NCBI GenBank assembly: GCA_021325135.1 | Contig: JAJPHT010000033.1 | Location: 15,129-79,128 of the forward strand | Direction: 5' to 3' | DNA: 64,000 nt | Source: Pseudomonadota bacterium | Lineage (GTDB): Archaea > Thermoplasmatota > SW-10-69-26 > JACQPN01 > JAJPHT01 | Shown: in pieces, positions 36,054 through 45,028 of the stretch | Numbering within the stretch: position 1 is the stretch's first letter | How the letters are laid out: every line of letters starts with the position of its first letter | Translations under genes and position numbers: made by a program | Notes under the pieces: model-generated | The model's database searches: none | What the model was told of the DNA's origin: nothing | Seen by the model: only the letters and a program-made list of their open reading frames with translations

Positions 36054-37484
36054 GTGCCCGGTCCCAAGCGCTTCTCCGACATGCCGCTCTCCGCCGACGT
36101 GCTCGACGCGCTGGCCGCCATGGGCTTCGAGGAGCCGACGCGCATCCAGCGCGAGAGCATCCCGGTGGCGCTGGCCGGGCGCGACCTCATCGGCCAGGCG
36201 CAGACGGGCACGGGCAAGACCGCCGCCTTCGGCATCCCCATGGTCGAGAAGTGCGACCCGGCGCTGAAGAAGGTCCAGGCGCTCATCCTCGTGCCCACGC
36301 GCGAATTGGCCGAGCAGGTCGCGGGCGAGATCAACGAGATCGGCCAGTTCAAGGCGATCCACGCGGTGCCCGTCTACGGCGGCGCGTCGTTCACGCCGCA
36401 AATCCGGGCCTTCAAGGAGGGCACCGCCATCGTGGTGGGCACGCCCGGCCGCGTCATGGACCACATGCGCCGCGGCAACCTGCGCCTGGACGCCGTGAAG
36501 CTGTTCTGCCTCGACGAGGCGGACCGCATGCTGGACATGGGCTTCATCGAGGACATCCAGTGGGTCATGGAGCGGCTCCCCCCGCGCGTGCAGGTGCAGC
36601 TCTTCAGCGCCACCATGCCCACCGCCATCGTGAACCTCACCGAGACGTTCATGCGCAACCCGCAGACCATCGTGGTCAGCGAGGACAAGCTCACCGTGGA
36701 CTCGGTGGAGCAGGTCTACTACACCGTGGGCTACCGCAACAAGCTCTGGGCCCTCTACCGCGTGCTGGAGGCCGAGCGTCCCGAATTGGCGTTCGTCTTC
36801 TGCCGCACCAAGTTCGAGTGCGACAAGGTCGTGCACCAGCTCAAGGCCCACGGCTTCCGGGCCGAGGCGCTCCACGGCGACATGGCGCAGAAGGCGCGCA
36901 ACAAGGTGCTGGACGCCGCGCGCGACGGCAAGGTGCGCATCGTCGTCGCCACCGACGTGCTCGCCCGCGGCATCGACGTCTCCCACTGCTCCCACGTCAT
37001 CAACTACGACATCCCCGAGGACCCCGAGTGGTACGTCCATCGCATCGGCCGCACGGGGCGCATGGGGAAGCTGGGCAAGGCCATCACGTTCGTCACGCGC
37101 GAGGAGGGCCGCGCCCTGCTCGACCTGGGCGACATCGCGGGCGGCGACCTGCGCCTGGAGGACGTGCCCGAGATCGAGGAGCGCGACCGCGTCAAGAAGG
37201 TCCTCGACTGGAAGGAATTGTCCGACAACACGGGCATGGTCAAGTTCGAGCTTGACGTCGGCAAGGACTCCGGCCTCAAGATGGTCGAGATCTTCAAGGC
37301 CGTCAACAAGGCGTGCGGCTTCGACGAGAGCACGCTGGGCCAGGTCAAGATGCACGAGGCCCACACGACCTTGGAGGTCCCCTGGCAGGTCGCGGGCCGC
37401 TTCTGGGGCCGCTTCGAGAAGGGCAAGCTCCTCGACCGCGACGTGCGCGGGCAGGTCGTCGCGCTCAAGAAGCCGACGGGCTGA
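36054..37484 (+). CDS. deaD: DEAD-box RNA helicase with DbpA-type C-terminal RNA-binding domain
   Basis: Q motif GFEEPTRIQ, AQTGTGKT, PTRELA, DEAD, SAT, ARGID, HRIGRTGR; GTG start inferred. Confidence 0.93.
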   Translation: MPGPKRFSDMPLSADVLDALAAMGFEEPTRIQRESIPVALAGRDLIGQAQTGTGKTAAFGIPMVEKCDPALKKVQALILVPTRELAEQVAGEINEIGQFKAIHAVPVYGGASFTPQIRAFKEGTAIVVGTPGRVMDHMRRGNLRLDAVKLFCLDEADRMLDMGFIEDIQWVMERLPPRVQVQLFSATMPTAIVNLTETFMRNPQTIVVSEDKLTVDSVEQVYYTVGYRNKLWALYRVLEAERPELAFVFCRTKFECDKVVHQLKAHGFRAEALHGDMAQKARNKVLDAARDGKVRIVVATDVLARGIDVSHCSHVINYDIPEDPEWYVHRIGRTGRMGKLGKAITFVTREEGRALLDLGDIAGGDLRLEDVPEIEERDRVKKVLDWKELSDNTGMVKFELDVGKDSGLKMVEIFKAVNKACGFDESTLGQVKMHEAHTTLEVPWQVAGRFWGRFEKGKLLDRDVRGQVVALKKPTG

Positions 37485-37549
37485 CGAGGTTGGCCCGCCA
37501 GAACCCGCGTGGCCTCGGACCTGCCGCGCGTCACGTCTTGAAGCGACGG

Positions 37550-37593
37550 TTGGGAATCGTCGCGTCGTGGCGTCGTCGCGTCCAGTGGTGACC
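37550..37593. repeat. 8-mer-based dispersed repeat copy
   Basis: TTGGGAATCGTCGCGTCGTGGCGTCGTCGCGTCCAGTGGTGACC. Confidence 0.75.
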
Positions 37594-37650
37594 GACCGAT
37601 ACAGCCTCATCGAGCGCCGCCCCCGGAGCAAGGGCCCCGCAGAAGGAGCG

Positions 37651-38400
37651 CTACGAGAACATGGGCACGCCCGGCGCCTGCTGCTGATATCGTTCCCGCA
37701 TCTGGCGCGCCTGCGCCTCGATCTCCTCCGCGGCGCGGGCGAGCTTGCCGGGCTCCAGGTCGAGGGTGGGGAGCGCGGGGCCCAGCGCGCGCACGATGGC
37801 CGCCGCGCCGCGGGCGTCGGGGATCTGGGGGCGCACCTCGCCCAGGATGCCCACGGTGTCGAGGCCCTCCCGCGCGCCGGCCTCCAGGAGCGCCGCGGTG
37901 AAGCCGACGACCGTGCCCGTCTCCAGGGGCGCCACGCCGATCTCGCCGAGGAACGCGAGCGCCGCGTCGCTGCTGGCCACGCCGCGCGTCGCGCGAGCCT
38001 CCGTCTCGGCGAAGGTGGGCGCGCCGTCGGGCACGACGAGCATGCGCGTGTCGCGCTCGCGGGCCCAGCGCGCGACGGCCTCCGCGAAGCGGCGCTGGAG
38101 CGGCGGTGGCGGGGGGAACTCGCACGCCAGCACGAGGAGGCGCGAGCACGCGATCCCCGCGCCGCAGGAGGCCGCGAGGGCGTGGAGGCGCACCGCCGGC
38201 ACGGGGCGCCCCGCGCGCACGGGCATGAGGAGGGGGAAGGCCGGCGACTCGACGCGCCCCGCGAGGGGCATCGCGAGGGCGTTGACGAGGTGCTGCGCGA
38301 CGATGGCGCCTGCGAGGCCCAGGGTGGGGCTGCCGACGACGAGCAGGCCCTCGTCCAGCGGGGCGCGGCCCTCGACGTGGAAGGCGATCTCGATGGCCAC
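37651..38400 (-). CDS. PAC2-family proteasome assembly chaperone
   Basis: GSPTLGLAGAIVAQHL, PDARGAA, C-terminal helix ending PMFS. Confidence 0.85.
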   Translation of the reverse strand: MAIEIAFHVEGRAPLDEGLLVVGSPTLGLAGAIVAQHLVNALAMPLAGRVESPAFPLLMPVRAGRPVPAVRLHALAASCGAGIACSRLLVLACEFPPPPPLQRRFAEAVARWARERDTRMLVVPDGAPTFAETEARATRGVASSDAALAFLGEIGVAPLETGTVVGFTAALLEAGAREGLDTVGILGEVRPQIPDARGAAAIVRALGPALPTLDLEPGKLARAAEEIEAQARQMRERYQQQAPGVPMFS

Positions 38401-38444
38401 GCGCGGACGTGGCGTCTCCAAGGCTTGAACCGCGCGTGCGGCGG

Positions 38445-39059
38445 TCAGCGGCGCTGCAGGCGCCACCGGTGGCTGGTGGCCTTCTTGCCGTAGCGGCGCT
38501 CGCCGGCGCCCTCCTCGGCGGCGCGGGCGCGGGCGGCGACCTGCTTGCGCTCGGCGTCCAGCTCGTCGGCGGCCTCCGTGAGCGCGCTGCGGACGCCCAG
38601 GTCGCGGCTTTCGCGGGCGCGGCGCCGCACGCGGATGGCCTCCTTGCGCAGGCGCTCCTCCTCCAGGCGCAGGTCGCGCAGGAGCGTCACCTCCTCGGGC
38701 TCGCCCCGCTCCTTGAACGGCTCGTACTCGGCGCGGCGGCCCAGGAGGGGGAACGCGCCGCGCAGCAGGGCGACGACGAAGAGCGCCGCGCAGAGGGACC
38801 CCAGGACGATCTCCAGCACGGGCGCGCCCGTCTGGCTGCCCTGGAACCAGCCGCGGCCGCCGACACCTCCGGGCAGGAGGCCCAGCACGGTGCCCACGAC
38901 GATGAGGATGGCCACGCTGGCGACCACCGAGAGCGCGGGGAGCGCCACGGCGTGGAAGGGGCCGAAGTAGCGGCGGCCGGGGAAGAGGGCGGAGAGGAGC
39001 AGGAAACCGGGGGCCAGGAAGAGGAGCACGACGCCCCCCACGATGGTCAGCGGGTTCAC
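38445..39059 (-). CDS. DUF1616-like membrane protein with C-terminal coiled coil
   Basis: LLFLAPGFLLLSALFP, LSVVASVA. Confidence 0.7.
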   Translation of the reverse strand: MNPLTIVGGVVLLFLAPGFLLLSALFPGRRYFGPFHAVALPALSVVASVAILIVVGTVLGLLPGGVGGRGWFQGSQTGAPVLEIVLGSLCAALFVVALLRGAFPLLGRRAEYEPFKERGEPEEVTLLRDLRLEEERLRKEAIRVRRRARESRDLGVRSALTEAADELDAERKQVAARARAAEEGAGERRYGKKATSHRWRLQRR

Positions 39060-39084
39060 ACGCGCCCAACCCCGCAGCGGTATA

Positions 39085-41565
39085 TCAGCGCTCCGCGGCG
39101 CGCGCGAGGGGCTCCTCGGGCTGCGCGACGGGGACGCGCCGTCCGCGCCCTTCGAGGCGGGCGCCCACGAGGACGAGGAGCATGCCCAGGAGCATGCCCC
39201 AGAGGCCGGCCCACACGAGGCCCACCATGGGGAGCACGCTCACGCTGAACGACACGGCGTCGACCGCGCCCGCGGGCGCCTCCGTGCCCGCGCTGTTGGC
39301 GCCCACCCAGCCCGCGGAGGTGTGGAACGCCAGGGGCGTCACGTACACGTCCTCCAGCAGCGCGCGGCGCACGTGCAGGTCGCCCGCGTAGTGGTTGCCC
39401 GACCACGAGAAGGAGAGCGGGATCGCGCCGCCGGAGTCCACCTGGATGGGCACCTCCACCGAGGCAAGGCCGCCCGAGGCGTCGGTCCGCGTCTGCGCGG
39501 CCGCCAGGGCGAAGGCGTGCCCGCCCGCGCCCACCCGTGCGTCCATGGGCTCGGCGGCGAAGACCTGGCGGTCCTGGCTGTAGGTGCTCGCGGCGTAGCC
39601 CAGAAGGCCCAGCAGGAGCGCGAGGTGGAGCGCGTAGACGCCCGTCTCGCGCAGGCGCGCGCCGAGGCTGCGCCAGCGAGGGGGCTCGAAGCGGCGGCGC
39701 TCCGCGACGACGAGGGCCGCGGCGGCGAGGCCCATGGCGAGGCCCACGCCGTAGCCCAGCGTCAGCGCGGAGGCCAGCGAGCCCGCCAACGCGAGCGGGT
39801 ATGCGCGCCCGCGCCACGCGACGAAGGCGCCCGCGAGGCCCAGGGCGGAGAGCGCGACGCCCACGAAGCCCAGCGCGAGGGAGAGCCCCTCGGGGATGGC
39901 GAGGCCCGAGACCCATGTGGGCGGGTTGCCCCAGAGCGCGAGGCCCAGGAGCGAGGCGATGCCTGATAGCAATCCCGCGGCCTTGAGGCGCGCGCCGCCC
40001 GCGGGGCCCTGCACGTGGGCGAGCTTGAGGAGCGCGGCGGCCAGCGCGGCGGCGAGGGGCGGCGCGGCGAGGGCCAGCACGCGGGCCTGGGGGAAGAGGA
40101 GGAAACCGGCGACGCCGCCCAGGAAGCCCGCCCCCGCGAGGAGGGTGGCGCCGCGCTTTCCCAGCGGGCCCACGGAGAGGACCAGCGTGAGGGCCGCGAT
40201 GACGGGGAGGACGAGGACGGGCGCGCGCTCGTCGAAGAGGCGGCGGTCGGGGCCGTTGACCACCTGCACGTCCAGGAGGAGCGCCACCGCGAGGCCGATG
40301 GCCAGGAGGGCGACGGCGATGGAGAGAAGCGTGCGCTGGTCCAGGGCCAGCTTGCGGCGCGATTCGTCCGCGCGCAGGAAGACGGCGACCGGGGGCGCGC
40401 CCAGGAGGAGCGCCGCGAGGATGGCGAGGCCGAAGGGCGCGAGGCTTCCCGCCTGGAGCGCGAGGCCCCAGACGAAGGCGGGGTCCAGCGCGGCGGCGCC
40501 CGCGAGGGCGAGGAGCAGCGCGGCGTGCAGGCGCAGGCCCCAGCCGCGGGCGTGGCGGAGCGCGAAGAGGGCCATCCCTGATAGCACCGTCGCGGTAAGG
40601 AGGCCCAGGAGGAGGCGGCTCTCGGGGCTGGCGCCCAGGATCGCCAGGAGGCGCAGGCCCGCGTCGGGCTCGAAGCGGTTGGTGGGGTCGGTGAACGCGT
40701 GGACGCTCACCCAGAGGCCGCTTCTCGTGGCGAAGGTGGCGAAGAGCGTGAGCGCATGCGCGCCGAAGGCCAGGAGGGGCGCCGCCACGGGGTGGTCGCC
40801 GCGCTGCGTGAGCCCCTTGCCCGCGTGGAGGAACGCGGTGAGGGCGAGCCACGGGAGGAGGTTCGACGTCTCCACGGGGTCCCACGCCCAGTAGCCTCCG
40901 AACGATAGCACGTAGTAGGCCCACAGGGCGCCCAGGCCGAGGCCCAGCGTCGCGAAGAGCCACGCCACGCGGGCCCACCGGAACGCGGGGCCCGCCCACG
41001 AGCGGTCGTCACGCTCCGGGCCCCACCAGCCAGCGAGGGCGTAGGCGGCGGGCACGGCCATGAGCGCGTAGCCCACGAACTGCACGGGAGGATGGATGAC
41101 CATGAGGGGTGTGAGCAGCACGTCCGCGAGGCCGCGCCCCTGGGGCGCCAGCGCGAGCTTCGCGGGGTCGGTGGCGTCGAAGGCGCCCGCCAGGAGGTTG
41201 ACCAGCGCGAGCGCGCCGCCCATGGCCAGGAGGAAGCCCGCCGCGCGGCGGTGGAGCGCGCCCTCCTTGCGGAGCACGAGGACGAGGAAGGCCGCGACGG
41301 CCGCGTTCCAGAGGAGGAGCGTCCCTTCCTCGCCGCCCCAGAGGCCGGCGAGCTTGTAGGGCAGCGCGTAGTCCTGGCGCGTGTGGTCCCAGACGTAGGC
41401 GTAGCCCAGGTCGCCCGCGAGGAAGGCGACGAGCATCACGGCGAACGCCAGCAGCACCGCCGTCGCGTGGGCGCGCGCGAGGAGCAGCCGCCAGCGCCCG
41501 GGCGCCGCGAGGGCCGCGCCGGCGAGGAGCGCGGCGGCGAGGAGGAGGATGGCGCCCAGCGTCAT
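39085..41565 (-). CDS. ccmF: Cytochrome c maturation heme lyase (CcmF/NrfE family)
   Basis: WGGEEGTLLLW, IHPP, GGYWAWDPVE, TRSG..SVHAF; ATG overlaps the upstream stop. Confidence 0.92.
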   Translation of the reverse strand: MTLGAILLLAAALLAGAALAAPGRWRLLLARAHATAVLLAFAVMLVAFLAGDLGYAYVWDHTRQDYALPYKLAGLWGGEEGTLLLWNAAVAAFLVLVLRKEGALHRRAAGFLLAMGGALALVNLLAGAFDATDPAKLALAPQGRGLADVLLTPLMVIHPPVQFVGYALMAVPAAYALAGWWGPERDDRSWAGPAFRWARVAWLFATLGLGLGALWAYYVLSFGGYWAWDPVETSNLLPWLALTAFLHAGKGLTQRGDHPVAAPLLAFGAHALTLFATFATRSGLWVSVHAFTDPTNRFEPDAGLRLLAILGASPESRLLLGLLTATVLSGMALFALRHARGWGLRLHAALLLALAGAAALDPAFVWGLALQAGSLAPFGLAILAALLLGAPPVAVFLRADESRRKLALDQRTLLSIAVALLAIGLAVALLLDVQVVNGPDRRLFDERAPVLVLPVIAALTLVLSVGPLGKRGATLLAGAGFLGGVAGFLLFPQARVLALAAPPLAAALAAALLKLAHVQGPAGGARLKAAGLLSGIASLLGLALWGNPPTWVSGLAIPEGLSLALGFVGVALSALGLAGAFVAWRGRAYPLALAGSLASALTLGYGVGLAMGLAAAALVVAERRRFEPPRWRSLGARLRETGVYALHLALLLGLLGYAASTYSQDRQVFAAEPMDARVGAGGHAFALAAAQTRTDASGGLASVEVPIQVDSGGAIPLSFSWSGNHYAGDLHVRRALLEDVYVTPLAFHTSAGWVGANSAGTEAPAGAVDAVSFSVSVLPMVGLVWAGLWGMLLGMLLVLVGARLEGRGRRVPVAQPEEPLARAAER

Positions 41566-42479
41566 CACGCGGCGCGCCTCCTCAGGAGCAGGGCGAAGGC
41601 GCCGAGGCCCGCCGCGAGGCCCGCCGCGGCCCACGGGCCCACGGGCTGGAGGTAACGCGCGCCGGCGGACTGCGCGGCGGGCGCGTCGCGGGCGGCCAGG
41701 AGCGAGACGGCGGCGTCGCCCGGCGAGCAGGGCTCGCACCACGTCGCGGTGAGGCGCTCGACGAGGACGGCCTTCTCGGCCTGGTGCGTGGGGCCCGCCT
41801 GGCGCGCCGTCCACGAGGCGGCCTGCACGACCTCGCCGGGCTCGCGCGCGGGGTCCGAGGGGTCGACGACGCGCAGCGCGACGACGACGCCCACGCGCGC
41901 GGGGTCGGTGCCGTTGGGCAGGGCGATCTCGCGGTGGAGGCCGAACGAGGCTCCGACCGCCGAGAGGTTGGCGCGCTCGGCGGGGGCGCTGGCGCGCGCG
42001 ACGTGGCGAAGCATCTGCGTCCCGCCGCCCGCGTCGAAGGGGATGCCGTCCTCCACGAGGACGACGCGCGCCTCCACGAGGCCCAAGGGCTCCTGCGCGG
42101 TGACGTTCACGTCCACGGCCAGCGCGCCGGGCTGGAGCGCGCCGTCCACGTCCAGCGTGGCGGGCGAGCCGGTGGCGGCGCGCAGGTCGACGAGGCGTTG
42201 CAGCTCGCGCACCTGCGTCACGGCGGAGTCGGGGTTCCCCTCGGGGGCGGGATCGGCGTCGAGCACGCCGTCGGCGCGCGTCGCGGGCAGGCGCTCGGCC
42301 GGAAGGCCGGGAAGGGGCAGCGCGTCGGGCGAGCTGAAGGGGTCCGCGTCGGGGCGGCCCGCCTCGGGGTCGGGCCAGGCGTGGTACACGACGAGGACGG
42401 GGGCTCCGGAGGGCTGCTGCGCGGAGGCCGGGGCCAGCGCGAGGAGGATGAGCCCCGCCACGAGCGCGACGCGCAGCAC
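41565..42479 (-). CDS. Secreted, membrane-anchored thioredoxin-like (Omp28/DUF1223-like) protein with C-terminal CxxC
   Basis: Signal peptide, VVYH, LVED, RHVAR, GEVVQAA, then VLVERLTATWCEPC and a TM tail. Confidence 0.75.
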   Translation of the reverse strand: MLRVALVAGLILLALAPASAQQPSGAPVLVVYHAWPDPEAGRPDADPFSSPDALPLPGLPAERLPATRADGVLDADPAPEGNPDSAVTQVRELQRLVDLRAATGSPATLDVDGALQPGALAVDVNVTAQEPLGLVEARVVLVEDGIPFDAGGGTQMLRHVARASAPAERANLSAVGASFGLHREIALPNGTDPARVGVVVALRVVDPSDPAREPGEVVQAASWTARQAGPTHQAEKAVLVERLTATWCEPCSPGDAAVSLLAARDAPAAQSAGARYLQPVGPWAAAGLAAGLGAFALLLRRRAA

Positions 42480-42547
42480 GGCCAGGCCACACGGCGCGGC
42501 CCCATAAGGGTTGACGGGGCGACGTCGCGGCGGGACCCCCCGGGCGT

Positions 42548-42558
42548 GAAAATATATA
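42548..42558 (+). promoter_or_regulatory. Putative BRE/TATA for phoU
   Basis: GAAAATATATA ~40 nt upstream of the ATG in a divergent intergenic region. Confidence 0.5.
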
Positions 42559-42595
42559 CTTTGAGATAATTCTCGATACTGCGAGGCCCAAGTTC

Positions 42596-43675
42596 ATGTC
42601 CGTCGAAAGCCGGAAGGTCCAGAAAGTAGGCACGTCGACCCTCAGCGTCAGCCTGCCCAAGGAGTGGGCCGAGCGCACCGGGATCGAGAAGGGGGACATC
42701 CTCCTCTTCGAGGACCTGCGCGACGGCAGCTTGCGCATCGCCCCCAGCAAGCTCGGCGGGCCGCGCATCCGCGACGCCGTGTACGTCGTGAACGCGGACA
42801 TGGCGACGGACAAGGGCATGCTGGGCCGCATCGTCGTGGGCAACTATGTGATTGGCCGCAACCACCTGGTCATCAAGAGCAAGACGCGCATCCGCAGCGA
42901 GCACATCCAGGAGGTGCGCACATCCGTGGCCAAGCTCATGGGCCTGGGCATCATGCTGGAGACGCCCGACACCATCGAGCTGCAGTGTAGCATCGACGCG
43001 TCGCGCTTCCCCATGGAGACGGTGATCAAGCGCCTCTACACCATCGGCTCCACCATGCAGAAGGAGGCCATCGAGGCGTTGACCACCCGCGAGCCGCGCC
43101 TCGCGCAGGACGCCCGCGGCCGCGAGGACGAGGCCGACATGGTCTACTGGCTCGCGCTTCGCCTGCTCCTCACCGCGCAGGTCGATCCGCAGGTGGCCGA
43201 GCAGATCGGCATCGTGGACCAGCTCCCCATCGTGGGCAACCGCCTCATCTGCAAGAACCTGGAGCACGTCGCGGACTACGCCGACAACATCGCCAAGAGC
43301 GTGCTGGACATCCTGGAGAGCGGCGCCGAGATCGAGACGCCCCTGGTGAAGCGCATCCAGCGCGTGAGCGACGTCTCCGCGCGCATCGTGCAGGACGGGC
43401 TTGCCTGCATCTTCAGCCACGACCTCAAGCTCGCCAACAAGGCCATCGAGGCGCAGGGCGAGGTGGAGCGCATCGAGGAGGAGGTCCTCACGGACATCCT
43501 CAAGAAGCACGACGACCCCGCCCTCGTCGCCAGCCTGCGCAGCGTCGCGTGGAGCATCCGCCGCATCGCGGAGTACGGCAGCGAGATCGCCGTCATCGGC
43601 ATCAACCGCTACCTGGAGCGCGAGTCGTCCATCTGCAAGCGCGCCGAGGAAGGCGCGCTGCACCGCTTCGCGTGA
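42596..43675 (+). CDS. phoU: Archaeal phosphate uptake regulator (AbrB N-domain plus PhoU repeats)
   Basis: RKVQKVGTSTLSVSLPKEWA, REDEAD, LEHVADYA, RRIAEYG. Confidence 0.92.
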   Translation: MSVESRKVQKVGTSTLSVSLPKEWAERTGIEKGDILLFEDLRDGSLRIAPSKLGGPRIRDAVYVVNADMATDKGMLGRIVVGNYVIGRNHLVIKSKTRIRSEHIQEVRTSVAKLMGLGIMLETPDTIELQCSIDASRFPMETVIKRLYTIGSTMQKEAIEALTTREPRLAQDARGREDEADMVYWLALRLLLTAQVDPQVAEQIGIVDQLPIVGNRLICKNLEHVADYADNIAKSVLDILESGAEIETPLVKRIQRVSDVSARIVQDGLACIFSHDLKLANKAIEAQGEVERIEEEVLTDILKKHDDPALVASLRSVAWSIRRIAEYGSEIAVIGINRYLERESSICKRAEEGALHRFA

Positions 43676-43713
43676 AGCGGGGGCATCCCGCGCGGGAGCC
43701 TTCGCGACGGGGC

Positions 43714-44157
43714 CTACCCGTCTCCGCCGCGCCCGAAGGCCCGAGCCACGTCCCGCGCCTGCGCGACGCGCCGCTTGCGGGAGGCCAGGGCATCGCGCAC
43801 GGCGCCCGCGAACTCGGCCAGGTCGGGGGGCTTGCGGAGGAAGCGCTCCACGCGGGCCTCGTTGATGGCGCGCAGCGCGACGCCCTGGTCCGCGAAGGCG
43901 GTCATCAGCAGGCGCGACGTGGCGGGGGCGAAGACCGACGCGCGGGCGAGGAAGGAGATGCCGTCCTCGCCGGGCATGCGGAAGTCGCACAGGACCAGGT
44001 CGACCTCCCGCGACGCCATGGCCTTCTCGGCCTCCTCGGCGCTGGAGGCCTCCATGATCTCCACGTCGCCCAGCTCGAAGGCGAGCCACTGGGCCAGGCT
44101 CTCCCGGATGTCCGGCTCGTCGTCCACGACGAGGAGGAGGGGCTGGCCGCCGCCCAT
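43714..44157 (-). CDS. Stand-alone response regulator receiver
   Basis: LVVDDE, LCDFRMPGEDG, MTAF, FLRKP. Confidence 0.88.
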   Translation of the reverse strand: MGGGQPLLLVVDDEPDIRESLAQWLAFELGDVEIMEASSAEEAEKAMASREVDLVLCDFRMPGEDGISFLARASVFAPATSRLLMTAFADQGVALRAINEARVERFLRKPPDLAEFAGAVRDALASRKRRVAQARDVARAFGRGGDG

Positions 44158-44257
44158 GGGGCTGGATTGGCCTCCCTGTCCTTCAAGTCCGTGTCGGTAC
44201 TCCACCCTTGGGCCCGCCGCCAGCACGGCTTTCCGGCGGGCCCGCGTTGAGCCTCCC

Positions 44258-44764
44258 GTGATCGTGCGCCGCGCCCGGCCCGAGGACCTCCCCGCCATCG
44301 CGCGGCTCATGGAGGAGCTGGCCCGCTTCGAGCGCATGGAGCCCCCCTCGCCGGAGGCCGCCGCGCGCCTGCGCGCCGACGCCTTCGAGCGCGGCCGGCT
44401 GGAGCTGTTCGTCGCGGAGCGCGAGGGCCTGGTCATCGCCTACGCGGCCGCGTTCGAGACGTACTCCACCTTCCGCGCGCGGCCCATCCTCTACCTGGAG
44501 GACCTCTTCGTCACCGAGGCCGAGCGCCGCCACGGCGCAGCCCGTGCCCTGGTGGCCCACCTCGCGCGCGAGGCCCTGCGCCGCGGCTGCGCGCGCCTCG
44601 CGTGGGTCGTCCTGGACTGGAACGCGGAGGCGCAGCGCTTCTACGACCGCCTCGGCGCGCGCCGCCAGCCCCAGTGGTGGCCTTACACGCTGGAGGGCCA
44701 GGAGCTGGAGGAGCTTGCGGCGCCCATGGACGGCGCGGGGCTCGACGACCGCGACGCGTCGTGA
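44258..44764 (+). CDS. GNAT N-acetyltransferase (SSAT-like)
   Basis: YSTF, LYLEDLFV, RRHGAA, VLDWNAEAQRFY. Confidence 0.9.
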   Translation: MIVRRARPEDLPAIARLMEELARFERMEPPSPEAAARLRADAFERGRLELFVAEREGLVIAYAAAFETYSTFRARPILYLEDLFVTEAERRHGAARALVAHLAREALRRGCARLAWVVLDWNAEAQRFYDRLGARRQPQWWPYTLEGQELEELAAPMDGAGLDDRDAS

Positions 44765-44839
44765 GCGCGACCCGCGTGAGCGATCTTCCTCTCATCAAGC
44801 CCGAGCAAGCGGCCTCCCCAAGCGCGTTTCTCCCATCAA

Positions 44840-44963
44840 CGCGACGACGCCACGGCGCCACGACGCGACGCCGGGAGAGGCTCGTGTTATTTTCCTCGTC
44901 CGTCGCGTCGTGGCGCCGTGGCGTCGTCGCGAAGCAGGGGGTTTGGGGGATGCAGTCCCCCAA
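44840..44963. repeat. 31-bp perfect inverted repeat of 8-mer units followed by a REP-like motif
   Basis: 44840-44870 is the reverse complement of 44901-44931; then GGGGGTTTGGGGGATGCAGTCCCCCAA. Confidence 0.9.
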
Positions 44964-44970
44964 GTGAGCC

Positions 44971-44990
44971 AAGAAAAACAGGAAAAAAAG
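44971..44990 (-). terminator. U-rich archaeal terminator of the substrate-binding protein gene
   Basis: CTTTTTTTCCTGTTTTTCTT on the minus strand ~40 nt after the stop. Confidence 0.55.
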
Positions 44991-45028
44991 TTGGAGCCCC
45001 AGAAAGGGCCCCCGAAGCGTCGAGCCGC

